Part shown: positions 9,410 to 17,910 of the stretch, piece by piece
Numbering within the stretch: position 1 is the first letter of the stretch
How the letters are laid out: the number at the start of each line of letters is the position of its first letter
NCBI GenBank assembly: GCA_963846425.1
Contig: CAWJVW010000007.1
Span: 168,649-232,648, forward strand
Length of the DNA stretch: 64,000 nt
From: an uncultured Acidobacteriota bacterium
Lineage (GTDB): Bacteria > Acidobacteriota > Vicinamibacteria > Vicinamibacterales > UBA2999
Direction: 5' to 3'
Made by a program: the position numbers and the translations under genes
The notes under the pieces: model-generated
The model's input: only the letters and a program-made list of their open reading frames with translations
What the model was told of the DNA's origin: nothing
Database searches by the model: none

Positions 9410-10906
9410 TCACAAACTCCGCCACTTCCGCCCTTCGCGTGCGAGGAGTTGGTCCCCTTCAACGGGACCGTCAGTGCCGGCGGCGTAGGTGGAGAGGCCG
9501 CACTCGCCCAGTACCCACGCGGTGAGAATCGGATCGACGATCGTCCAGCCGGCCTCGACCATGTCCGCGCGTTTGTAAAGGCTTCGGTCGCCGGTCATGG
9601 CGTCGTACAGCAGCGTCTCGTACCCGGTGTGCTGCTCCACTCCGAAATAATCTTCGTAGTTGAACCGCATGTCCACGGGACTCGTGGTGATCTCTGGACC
9701 AGGTACCTTCGCGGCAAATCGCAGCTTGATCGTCTCTTCAGGCTGAATCGAAATCACCAGATGATTCGGCTCGGGCATCGTCATCGAGGCTTCGCGAAAG
9801 AGCGCGAGCGGCGGCTGTTTGAACTGGATGACGACTTCACTTTTCTTCTTCGGCAACCGCTTGCCAGTGCGCAGATAGAACGGCACCCCCGCCCACCGCC
9901 AGTTGTCAACGGCGATACGAAACGCGACGTACGTTTCGGTGGTTGATGACGGGCTCACGCGCGGCTCCGCGCGGTATCCAGGCACGGACGTATCGGCGAC
10001 GGTGCCTGCTTCGTACTGCGCTCGCACTGTGAGATGGCCGCAGTCGCTCGGAGCGAGCGGTTCAATCGCCTCGAGGACCTTGACTTGCTCGTTGTGAAGG
10101 CCGTTCGCTTCCAGGGAGCTTGGCGGCTCCATGGCCGTCAGCGTCAGAATCTGAAAGAGATGATTGGGGACCATGTCTCGAAGCGCCCCCGCCTGGTCGT
10201 AATAGCCACCGCGCTGTTCGACACCAAGCGTCTCGGCAACCGTGATCTGTACGTGATCCACGTAGCGCCTGTTCCAGATTGGCTCGAAGATCCCGTTGCC
10301 GAATCGAAATACCAGAATGTTCTGAACGGTCTCCTTGCCCAGATAGTGATCGATTCGAAAAATCTGGTGCTCGTGCATGATGGCGAGCAGACGCCGATTG
10401 AGCTCGCGGGCTGATCGGAGATCGGTCCCGAACGGCTTTTCGACGATGACGCGACGCCAGAAGCCGTCCTTGTCTTGTAGCAGTCCGCGTGCCGCAAGAC
10501 GCTCACAGACGTTGAGGAAGAGCTCTGGCGCAGTCGCCAGATAAAAGAGACAGTTCCTCGACCCGATCTTCGCTGCCGTACGGTCGAGGGTTTCTACAAG
10601 TCGCTGCCACGCCGCCTCGTCGTCGAAGTCTGACGCGATGTACTCGAAGTTTCCGAGTGCGCGGCCAAACGCTGCCTGATCTACCGGCTTGGCTTCGACC
10701 TCCGCAATGCTTTGCTTGAAGCGTTCGCGAAATTCGTCAACGGTCGCGGGGCTCCTTGCGAATCCAACGACGGCAAACTTGTCCGGTAGCAGGTTCTCCT
10801 GTGCCAGGTTGTACAGAGAAGGAATCAGCAACCGCTTCGTGAGGTCGCCGCTGGCGCCGAAGATGACAATCGTGCACGGATCAGCGGGTTTTAGTTGACC
10901 TACCAC
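9410..10906 (-). CDS. zwf: glucose-6-phosphate dehydrogenase
   Basis: IFGASGDLTKRLL NADP motif and the RIDHYLGKE signature. Confidence 0.95.
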   Translation of the reverse strand: MVGQLKPADPCTIVIFGASGDLTKRLLIPSLYNLAQENLLPDKFAVVGFARSPATVDEFRERFKQSIAEVEAKPVDQAAFGRALGNFEYIASDFDDEAAWQRLVETLDRTAAKIGSRNCLFYLATAPELFLNVCERLAARGLLQDKDGFWRRVIVEKPFGTDLRSARELNRRLLAIMHEHQIFRIDHYLGKETVQNILVFRFGNGIFEPIWNRRYVDHVQITVAETLGVEQRGGYYDQAGALRDMVPNHLFQILTLTAMEPPSSLEANGLHNEQVKVLEAIEPLAPSDCGHLTVRAQYEAGTVADTSVPGYRAEPRVSPSSTTETYVAFRIAVDNWRWAGVPFYLRTGKRLPKKKSEVVIQFKQPPLALFREASMTMPEPNHLVISIQPEETIKLRFAAKVPGPEITTSPVDMRFNYEDYFGVEQHTGYETLLYDAMTGDRSLYKRADMVEAGWTIVDPILTAWVLGECGLSTYAAGTDGPVEGDQLLAREGRKWRSL

Positions 10907-13186
10907 CTAAGAGTCTCCGGTGAATCGAAATTCAAAACGCGGAACGTACCGCTCGACCGACCGATACGGATCGGGCCAGGGCATCGCGTATCCCAGCATG
11001 TGTGCGGCATGGCGTGCCCAATACGGGTCGAACAAGTGTGCCCGTGCGAGCAGGCAGAGGTCGGCTCGCCCCGCTGCGATAATCGTATTCACGTCCATAT
11101 ACGACGAGATGTTGCCCACCGCCATCGTAGCAATGCCGACTTCGTGGCGGATGCGATCGGCAAACGATGTTTGAAACAGGCGGCCGTATACGGGACGCTG
11201 TTCCGGAACGGTCTGGCCGGCCGAGACGTCCACGATGTCGCAGCCGTGGACGCGCAGGAGCCGCGCGACCTCTACGGCGTCCGCCGGCTCGAGGCCTCCG
11301 GGCATCCAGTCGACGGCGCTGATGCGCACGCTCATGGGGCGTTCCTGCGGCCACACGTTTCGACACGCCTCGAAGACTTCGAGTGGAAATCGCATGCGGT
11401 TGACGAGCGTGCCACCGTATTCGTCGGTGCGCTGGTTGGTGAGCGGCGAGATGAACGACGCAAGCAAATACCCGTGCGCCATGTGAATCTCCAACAGATC
11501 GAAGCCAGCATCCATCGCCAAATGCGCTGCGCCGACAAAGTCCTGCAGGGCCGCGTCCATTTCCGCACGCGTCATCTCGCGTGGGGTCTGCGAGCGGTCG
11601 GCGAAATACGGGATTGGCGAGGCCGAGACGAGGGGCCATCCTTCACCTTCCATCGGTTCGCTGTCCCCCTCCCACAGCTTTTTCGTCGCGCCTTTGCGGC
11701 CGGCGTGGCCGAGCTGTATGCCCACCTTCGCCGGTGTCTCGCGGTGGATGAAATTCACGACGCGCTTCCACGCTTCTCGGTGCGCAGGCTTGTAGAGCCC
11801 CGCGCATCCGGTTGAGATGCGCGCGTCACGACTGACGTTGGTCATCTCGGCCATCACGAGCCCCGCCCCCCCGATCGCGCGGCTCCCGAGATGCACCACG
11901 TGCCAGTCACCCACCGTCCCATCGTCGGCCACGTATTGACACATCGGAGAAACGACGACGCGATTGGGGATGATGAGATCGCGCAGCCGAAATGGCGTGA
12001 ACATCGGCGGACTGGGGAGAACGGCCCTGCTTCCCACCTGCCGCTCGGCTTCCTGAGCGACAAACGCGTCAACGCGCGCGAGGAATGCCGGGTCGCGCTT
12101 CCGCAAGTCCTCGTGAGTGATTCGCAGCGATCGCGTCAGCAGCGTAAACGTAAATTGGAGTGCCGGCAGTTGCATGTAGCGTTCGGTGTCCTCGAACCAC
12201 TGCAGCGACGCCTGCGCAGCACGCTGGAGACTTTCGACCGCTGGACGGCGTGCAGCTTCATACGCTTGTAAGGCATCAACAAGCCCTGCCTGCCCTACCC
12301 GCCCCAAGAGCGCATCTCGCAATGCAACTGCGTCTTCCATTGCCATCCGCGTCCCCGATCCCACAGAAAAGTGGGCGGTGTGTGCGGCGTCACCCAGAAG
12401 CACGACATTGCTGCTGGACCACGGCGTGACGCTGATGGTTGGAAATTGACGCCACAAACTACGGTTTGTGATCAGCCGGTGCCCGTCCAACTCCCTGGCG
12501 AAGAGCGCTTCGAGGAACGCGGCCGTCTGTGTCTCATCGGCTTCGTGGAGTCCAGCCGCGCGCCACGTCTCGTCGCGACATTCGACGATGAATGTCGATT
12601 GACTGGGAGCGTACTGATAGGCGTGCACTCGCCACAGGCCGTGTGGGCTGTGTCGAAAGTAAAACGTGAACTCGGGGAAGGGTTTCGTCGTGCCCAACCA
12701 GACGAACCGGTTCGGCCTGACATCAACGGCTGTCTGAATGCGCGCGTCGAGAAGTCTTCGGATGGTGCTGTTCGCGCCATCGGCTCCCACGATGAGGTCG
12801 GCCCCGCCGAACTCATCGAGCGATTGCACCTCGCGCTCGAATTCGAGCCTGACGCCGGCGGCGTGCACCTGGTGCTGCAACGCGCGAAGCAACATGTGCC
12901 GGCTCATGCCACTGAAGCCATGACCGGTGGAGACGATCGTCTCGCCAGCGTAATGAACAGCGATGTCGTCCCAGTGCACCAGGTGCTGCGCGATGGTCGC
13001 GTAGGCCTCCGAGTCGGCCTCGGCAAGGCCAGCCATTGTTGCGTCGGAAAACACGACGCCAAACCCAAAGGTGTCATCCGGACGATTGCGCTCGATGACC
13101 GTGATGTCGTGCCGTCGGTCGGCGCGCTTCATCAGAAGCGCGAAGTAGAGCCCACCTGGTCCCCCTCCGACGCACACAATCCGCAT
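10907..13186 (-). CDS. bifunctional FAD-dependent aromatic-ring (acyl-CoA) monooxygenase / Old-Yellow-Enzyme reductase (2-aminobenzoyl-CoA monooxygenase-reductase or salicylyl-CoA 5-hydroxylase type)
   Basis: N-terminal MRIVCVGGGPGG and GDAAHTAHFSVGSGTRMAMEDA. C-terminal PMCQY and GFDLLEIHMAHGYLLASFISPLTNQRTDEYGG (OYE). The first 139 codons of the track ORF overlap the ACAD gene, so they were trimmed. Confidence 0.8.
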   Translation of the reverse strand: MRIVCVGGGPGGLYFALLMKRADRRHDITVIERNRPDDTFGFGVVFSDATMAGLAEADSEAYATIAQHLVHWDDIAVHYAGETIVSTGHGFSGMSRHMLLRALQHQVHAAGVRLEFEREVQSLDEFGGADLIVGADGANSTIRRLLDARIQTAVDVRPNRFVWLGTTKPFPEFTFYFRHSPHGLWRVHAYQYAPSQSTFIVECRDETWRAAGLHEADETQTAAFLEALFARELDGHRLITNRSLWRQFPTISVTPWSSSNVVLLGDAAHTAHFSVGSGTRMAMEDAVALRDALLGRVGQAGLVDALQAYEAARRPAVESLQRAAQASLQWFEDTERYMQLPALQFTFTLLTRSLRITHEDLRKRDPAFLARVDAFVAQEAERQVGSRAVLPSPPMFTPFRLRDLIIPNRVVVSPMCQYVADDGTVGDWHVVHLGSRAIGGAGLVMAEMTNVSRDARISTGCAGLYKPAHREAWKRVVNFIHRETPAKVGIQLGHAGRKGATKKLWEGDSEPMEGEGWPLVSASPIPYFADRSQTPREMTRAEMDAALQDFVGAAHLAMDAGFDLLEIHMAHGYLLASFISPLTNQRTDEYGGTLVNRMRFPLEVFEACRNVWPQERPMSVRISAVDWMPGGLEPADAVEVARLLRVHGCDIVDVSAGQTVPEQRPVYGRLFQTSFADRIRHEVGIATMAVGNISSYMDVNTIIAAGRADLCLLARAHLFDPYWARHAAHMLGYAMPWPDPYRSVERYVPRFEFRFTGDS

Positions 13187-13194
13187 GGGATGGC

Positions 13195-14337
13195 TCACGC
13201 GCGACCGGCCTCGTCGAGAATCCCACCTGCAACGATCAAGCGTTGGATATCCGTGGCGCCTTCGTAAATTCTCAGGGCGCGCACGGAGCGGTACAGCCGC
13301 TCGACCGGATGGCCTGCCAGGACACCACCTCCGCCGATAATTTGCACGGCCTCGTCGACAACCCGTTGCGCCATTTCTGTTGCAAAGCTCTTCGCCATGG
13401 CCGCCGGCACAGACATTCGCTCGGTACCGCGTGCCTGTTCCCACGCAGCCCGGTAGACGAGCAGACGCGCAGCATCCAGCTCGGTAGCCATATCTCCGAT
13501 CTTTGCGCGCACGAGCGGCATGTCGGCCAGCGCCTGTCCGAACTGACGGCGTGCGCGCGCATGCGTCACGGCCTCGGCAAGCGCGCGCGCTGCCATGCCG
13601 CACGCGGCTGCGCCGACCGTTGGACGTAAGCGATCGAGCGTCATCATGCCGATCTTGAAGCCGCGATCGATCTCGCCCACGACGGCGGAGGCCGGCACGC
13701 GACAGTCCCGGAACGTCAGCCGCCCGAGCGGATGCGGCGCAGCCATGACCTGCGGCCCGGCAAACTCGAGACCAGGCGTGTCGGTGGGGACGAGAAAGAG
13801 GGTAATGCCGCGGCTACCAGTGTCTGGAGAGGTTTTGGCGAACACCAGATAGACGTCCGCTATCCCCGCGTTGGAGATGAGGTGTTTCTCGCCCTCGATG
13901 ACCCACGTGTCGGCATCGCGACGCGCCCGGGTGCTCATGGCAGCGACGTCAGACCCGGCGCCCGTTTCGGTCATCGCGAAGGCGGCCATCGCGCGACCGG
14001 CGATCAGGTCTGGCAGCCATCGCCCGCGTTGAGCGTCAGTGCCCGCGAGAATCAGCGTAGTGACACCCAGTCCCTGGATTGCGACGACGGCGTCAGCAAG
14101 GGGACTCACACCCGCTATCGCCTCACGGACCAGACAGACCCCTCGCAAATCCTGTGTGTCGATTGGGGAAAGCCATCCCGCACTGCCAATCTCTTCCAGG
14201 AGCGATCTCGCCTCTCGCCGGGCCTCGTCGTCACTCGCGGCCTCCGCGCGCGGGCCGAGCGATGCGGATGCCCAGGACGACACGCGCTGCCAGAGCTCCT
14301 CGTGTGCCCGCTCGAGAAATGCCGCGACGGCTCTCAT
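13195..14337 (-). CDS. acyl-CoA dehydrogenase family protein
   Basis: AFAMTETGAGSD and IYEGATDIQRLIVA motifs. Lies 8 nt upstream of the monooxygenase gene. Confidence 0.85.
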   Translation of the reverse strand: MRAVAAFLERAHEELWQRVSSWASASLGPRAEAASDDEARREARSLLEEIGSAGWLSPIDTQDLRGVCLVREAIAGVSPLADAVVAIQGLGVTTLILAGTDAQRGRWLPDLIAGRAMAAFAMTETGAGSDVAAMSTRARRDADTWVIEGEKHLISNAGIADVYLVFAKTSPDTGSRGITLFLVPTDTPGLEFAGPQVMAAPHPLGRLTFRDCRVPASAVVGEIDRGFKIGMMTLDRLRPTVGAAACGMAARALAEAVTHARARRQFGQALADMPLVRAKIGDMATELDAARLLVYRAAWEQARGTERMSVPAAMAKSFATEMAQRVVDEAVQIIGGGGVLAGHPVERLYRSVRALRIYEGATDIQRLIVAGGILDEAGRA

Positions 14338-15131
14338 CGGAATTTGGGCTCACGCTTGTCGCGAAAGGCCTGGTATGCCTCTCGAAAATCTGGATGCAGC
14401 ATGAGCGCGGCTTGAATTTGCGCCTCGGCTTCGAGCGCACTGGACAGATCCATTGCGGCCTCGCGATCAATGGCACTCTTGGTGATCTCGAGCGCAAATG
14501 CCGGGCCTTTCGCCAACCGTTCAGCAAACGTACGGGCTGTCGCTGCGAGTTGGTCGTCGGGCACCACCCGGTTGTAGAGCCCGATGCGAAGCGCCTCGTC
14601 CGCGCTCACGAAATCTCCCGTCATCAGGAGCTCGGCGGCGCGCCCGGCACCCACGATCCGCGGCAACAACCAGGCCGCGCCCATGTCTGCACCGGACAGC
14701 CCGACTTTCGAAAACAGAAACGCGATCTTCGCAGACGTGGCCGCAATCCGCACATCACATGCGGTGGCAATCACAGCGCCTGCCCCTGCCACCGTACCGT
14801 TGAGCGCCGCGATGACAGGTCGCCGGCAACTGCGAATGCTGCGGACGAGATCGCACGTCAGACGTGTGAACGCGAGTAATCCGTGAAAGTCACGCGACAG
14901 CAGAGGTCCAATAATGTCGTGGACGTCCCCTCCCGAACAAAACGCCTTTCCGTTGCCGGTCAGAAGGACCACGCGCAGGTCCTTGTCGTCGCTGAGCTCG
15001 TCGAACGTGTCGCGCAACTCTTCGTAGATCTCGAAGGTTAACGCGTTGAGCCGGTCCGGGCGATTGAGCGTGATGGTGCCAACACCCGTGCTCGGATTGA
15101 AGCCGTAGAGAAATGAAGTGGGCACTTTCAC
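14334..15131 (-). CDS. enoyl-CoA hydratase/isomerase (crotonase) family protein
   Basis: LNRPDRLNALT, FCSGGDV and AALNGTVAGAGAVIATACD. 4-nt overlaps with both neighbours. Confidence 0.85.
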   Translation of the reverse strand: MKVPTSFLYGFNPSTGVGTITLNRPDRLNALTFEIYEELRDTFDELSDDKDLRVVLLTGNGKAFCSGGDVHDIIGPLLSRDFHGLLAFTRLTCDLVRSIRSCRRPVIAALNGTVAGAGAVIATACDVRIAATSAKIAFLFSKVGLSGADMGAAWLLPRIVGAGRAAELLMTGDFVSADEALRIGLYNRVVPDDQLAATARTFAERLAKGPAFALEITKSAIDREAAMDLSSALEAEAQIQAALMLHPDFREAYQAFRDKREPKFR

Positions 15132-16345
15132 CGTACGCCCTCGGATGGTGGGAGCACAGCGTCGGCTTCGATTTCGACGGTCGCGTCAGGATCCACGAGC
15201 CCCGCAACGCCGACAAGCGACATCGCCGGATAGTGAGACCCCATGAACCGCTTCCAGACGTGGCCAAGTCCGATCCGGCTGGCCCGATACGTCTCGAGAT
15301 TCGTAACGTAAATGGTCATGCGGGCGATTTGGTGTGGTTTCCCACCAGCGGCGCTCACGACAGCCACCACTTTCTCCAGCGCGACGCCAAACTGTGCGAC
15401 GAACTCGCGCTCGGCGACGTGCCCTCCATCATCTGCAGCCGTCTGACCAGCAACATGCAGCGTGCGCCAGCCGGCTGGCGCGAGCACTCCATGTGAAAAC
15501 CCACGAGGCCGCGCCCGGGACGTGGGGTTGACGATCGTGAGCGCGTCCGGAAGGGCGTCGTTGGTCATTGGATGTTCTCGCGGTTGTCCGGCGATCTCCC
15601 AGCTCTCCATTACTGCTTCCTCGAGGATCGCACCGAGCGACTCGACAGTGTGCCGTCCCTCGTCGGCCGTCGCATCCGCAGGCCATCCGAAATATGCCTG
15701 CGGACCACCGGCTTGCGCAAACGAGCCATCCCCTCGACGAATAGCATCCACAAGCGAGGATGGATTCGGCGGCAGTTCCCGCAGGCGGTCCTGGTCGACC
15801 CAGTCGGGAGTCTCCGCCAGAACGACCGAGCCCTCGTAACGGCCTGCATGGCACGCCCCGCTCTGAAATTCCTCGGTCAAACGACTGGCCCAACGGCGTC
15901 TTGTGAGGTCAGGAAAGACGATCCTCGCGGCCTGGCTCGCATGCGCGCGCGCGACGGCGGCGGCAATCGCCGCAACATGCGCAGGATCGTGGTGGGCATT
16001 CGCCACTGCTGTCAGGCGTGCGCCGTGCCGCTGCAGGCTTTGCGCGATCCCGTAAATCAGCGCGGTCGTTGCGGAGCCAGGCGTGTCGAGTGTTCCCGCA
16101 AAGGCAGATGCGAATGGCGCTGGAGCGACCGGCAAGGCGTCGAGCACCAGGACATCCAGCCCGCGAGCTGACAGACGCGTAGCGCCACTGCGGGCCATCG
16201 CCTCGGCAATGACAATATCGGTCCCCAGCGGCAGGTGCGGGCCATGTGCCTCGATCGCACCCAGAGGAAGGATCGCCACCAGCCGATCCTTCGGCAGCCG
16301 CTCGACCGCGAGCCACGACATCGACGTGAGGTGATGTACCGCCAT
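15128..16345 (-). CDS. creatininase-family amidohydrolase fused to a RidA/YjgF domain
   Basis: N-terminal LPLGAIEAHGPHLPLGTD and GACHAGRYEGS (creatininase fold). C-terminal LHVAGQTA...ARMTIYVT...PAMSLVGVAGL...VEIEADAV (RidA). The start could be 16345 or 16321. Confidence 0.7.
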   Translation of the reverse strand: MAVHHLTSMSWLAVERLPKDRLVAILPLGAIEAHGPHLPLGTDIVIAEAMARSGATRLSARGLDVLVLDALPVAPAPFASAFAGTLDTPGSATTALIYGIAQSLQRHGARLTAVANAHHDPAHVAAIAAAVARAHASQAARIVFPDLTRRRWASRLTEEFQSGACHAGRYEGSVVLAETPDWVDQDRLRELPPNPSSLVDAIRRGDGSFAQAGGPQAYFGWPADATADEGRHTVESLGAILEEAVMESWEIAGQPREHPMTNDALPDALTIVNPTSRARPRGFSHGVLAPAGWRTLHVAGQTAADDGGHVAEREFVAQFGVALEKVVAVVSAAGGKPHQIARMTIYVTNLETYRASRIGLGHVWKRFMGSHYPAMSLVGVAGLVDPDATVEIEADAVLPPSEGVR

Positions 16346-16383
16346 GCTTGCCGTTGAAGCGTAACTTAAATAGCATCGCGGCG

Positions 16384-17910
16384 ATGAATGTGGACCTCCC
16401 TCTGCACCTGAACCTGGCCACGCATTTCGTTGACGCACGGATCAACGAGGGAGGGGGTGGGCGCCCGGCGGTTCGGACGAGCGAACGGATCTGGACCTAC
16501 TCGGACATCTCCACACTCACCGCACGTATCGCTGGAGTGTTGGACGAGGCAGATGTTCGCCCGGAAGAGCGGGTGATTATCGCCCTGCCTGACGGGGCGC
16601 CGTTTGTTGGCGCACTCTTCGGCATCCTCCGCCGGGGAGCCGTCGTTGTCATGGTGAACCCCGACCTGCAGCCGGATCTGGTGGCTTACTTCTTCGAATA
16701 CACGCGCGCGCGCGCGGGCTTCGTCAATCAGGCACATCTCGCAGCATTCGAAGCCGCTATCGTCGCCATCACGCCGCGACCGCAACTGTTTGTGATGGAC
16801 AGCCCTGAGTTTCAGCGCCGGCTGGCGGCGCAACCCTCCGAGTACCGGCCGTTTCTGTCGCACCGAGACGACGGCGCCATCTGGCTGTTCAGCGGAGGGA
16901 CGACCGGCCGCCCGAAGGCCGTTGTCCAGACCAATCGCTCGTACATAAACACCACGGAGTGTTACGGCAAAGGAGTGCTCGATCTGAAAGCAGACGACAT
17001 CACCCTTGCGGTGCCGAAGCTGTTCTTCGGATACGCCATGGGCTCGAACGTTCTCTTTCCGTTCTCCGTTGGCGCTTCATGCGTGCTCTTTCCGGAACGC
17101 AGCACACCCGACGCCGTGTTTTCACAGATTGCACACCACCACCCCACGATATTGATCAACGTTCCGACCATGGTGCAACAGATGGTCGCGCATCCATCGG
17201 CGCGGCAGCAGAACTTGAGCAGCCTGCGATTGGCGACCTCCGCGGGCGAAGCGCTTCCAGTCGAACTCTACGAACGATGGAAGGACACGTTCGGCGTCGA
17301 GCTGCTCGACGGGCTCGGTACGGCCGAGATGTGGCACATCTTCATCTCCAATCGACCCGGCCACGTCGTGCCGGGCACACTGGGACATGTCGTAGATGGC
17401 TTCGAGGTCAGACTGTGCGACGAGGACGGCCGGGAGGTGCCAGTCGGAGAGGTGGGCGCTTTGTGGGTCAAGGGCGATTCGCGAGCGATTGGTTACTGGC
17501 AACGCCTGCACGACACGATGGACGCGTTCCGCGGCGAATGGTACGTGTCGGGCGACATGCTGAGCACGAATCCCGACGGCACGTTCGTGTACCACGGGCG
17601 CGCCGATGACATGCTGAAAGTCAGTGGCAAGTGGCTGTCTCCCGGCGAGCTGGAGAATTGTCTTCTCCAGCATGCCAGCGTGCGTGAAGTGGCGGTGGTG
17701 GGCGTAAAGAATGCCGATGGACTGATCAAGCCGTACGCGTTTGTCGTCACCGACGAGGGATCGACCGATCTCGCGGCCGATCTGCAGGCATTCGCCAAGA
17801 GCCGCCTCGAGCCCTACAAGTATCCACGTGAGGTCGTCTTCCTCGACGCGCTGCCGAGGACCCATCTTGGAAAGGTCGATCGCAATGCGTTGGCGAGATC
17901 GCGGGACTAA
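16384..17910 (+). CDS. aryl-CoA ligase (benzoate-CoA ligase family adenylate-forming enzyme)
   Basis: FSGGTTGRPKAV (AMP motif), YVSGDM and GKVDR near the C-terminus. Divergent from the creatininase-RidA gene. Confidence 0.8.
   Translation: MNVDLPLHLNLATHFVDARINEGGGGRPAVRTSERIWTYSDISTLTARIAGVLDEADVRPEERVIIALPDGAPFVGALFGILRRGAVVVMVNPDLQPDLVAYFFEYTRARAGFVNQAHLAAFEAAIVAITPRPQLFVMDSPEFQRRLAAQPSEYRPFLSHRDDGAIWLFSGGTTGRPKAVVQTNRSYINTTECYGKGVLDLKADDITLAVPKLFFGYAMGSNVLFPFSVGASCVLFPERSTPDAVFSQIAHHHPTILINVPTMVQQMVAHPSARQQNLSSLRLATSAGEALPVELYERWKDTFGVELLDGLGTAEMWHIFISNRPGHVVPGTLGHVVDGFEVRLCDEDGREVPVGEVGALWVKGDSRAIGYWQRLHDTMDAFRGEWYVSGDMLSTNPDGTFVYHGRADDMLKVSGKWLSPGELENCLLQHASVREVAVVGVKNADGLIKPYAFVVTDEGSTDLAADLQAFAKSRLEPYKYPREVVFLDALPRTHLGKVDRNALARSRD

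Noticed and set aside
10855-10912. Apparent 1-nt discrepancy between my hand reading of the nucleotides (an extra A near 10861) and the ORF-track frame of zwf and the monooxygenase stop.
   Set aside because: The track proteins are full-length and homologous across the site, so this is most likely my reading error and not a real frameshift. I kept the track coordinates.
13187-13603. 139-codon N-terminal extension of the monooxygenase ORF (track ORF 10907..13603).
   Set aside because: The extension overlaps the 3' end of the acyl-CoA dehydrogenase gene, is Arg/Gly-rich low-complexity sequence, and precedes the canonical MRIVCVGGGPGG FAD-binding start.
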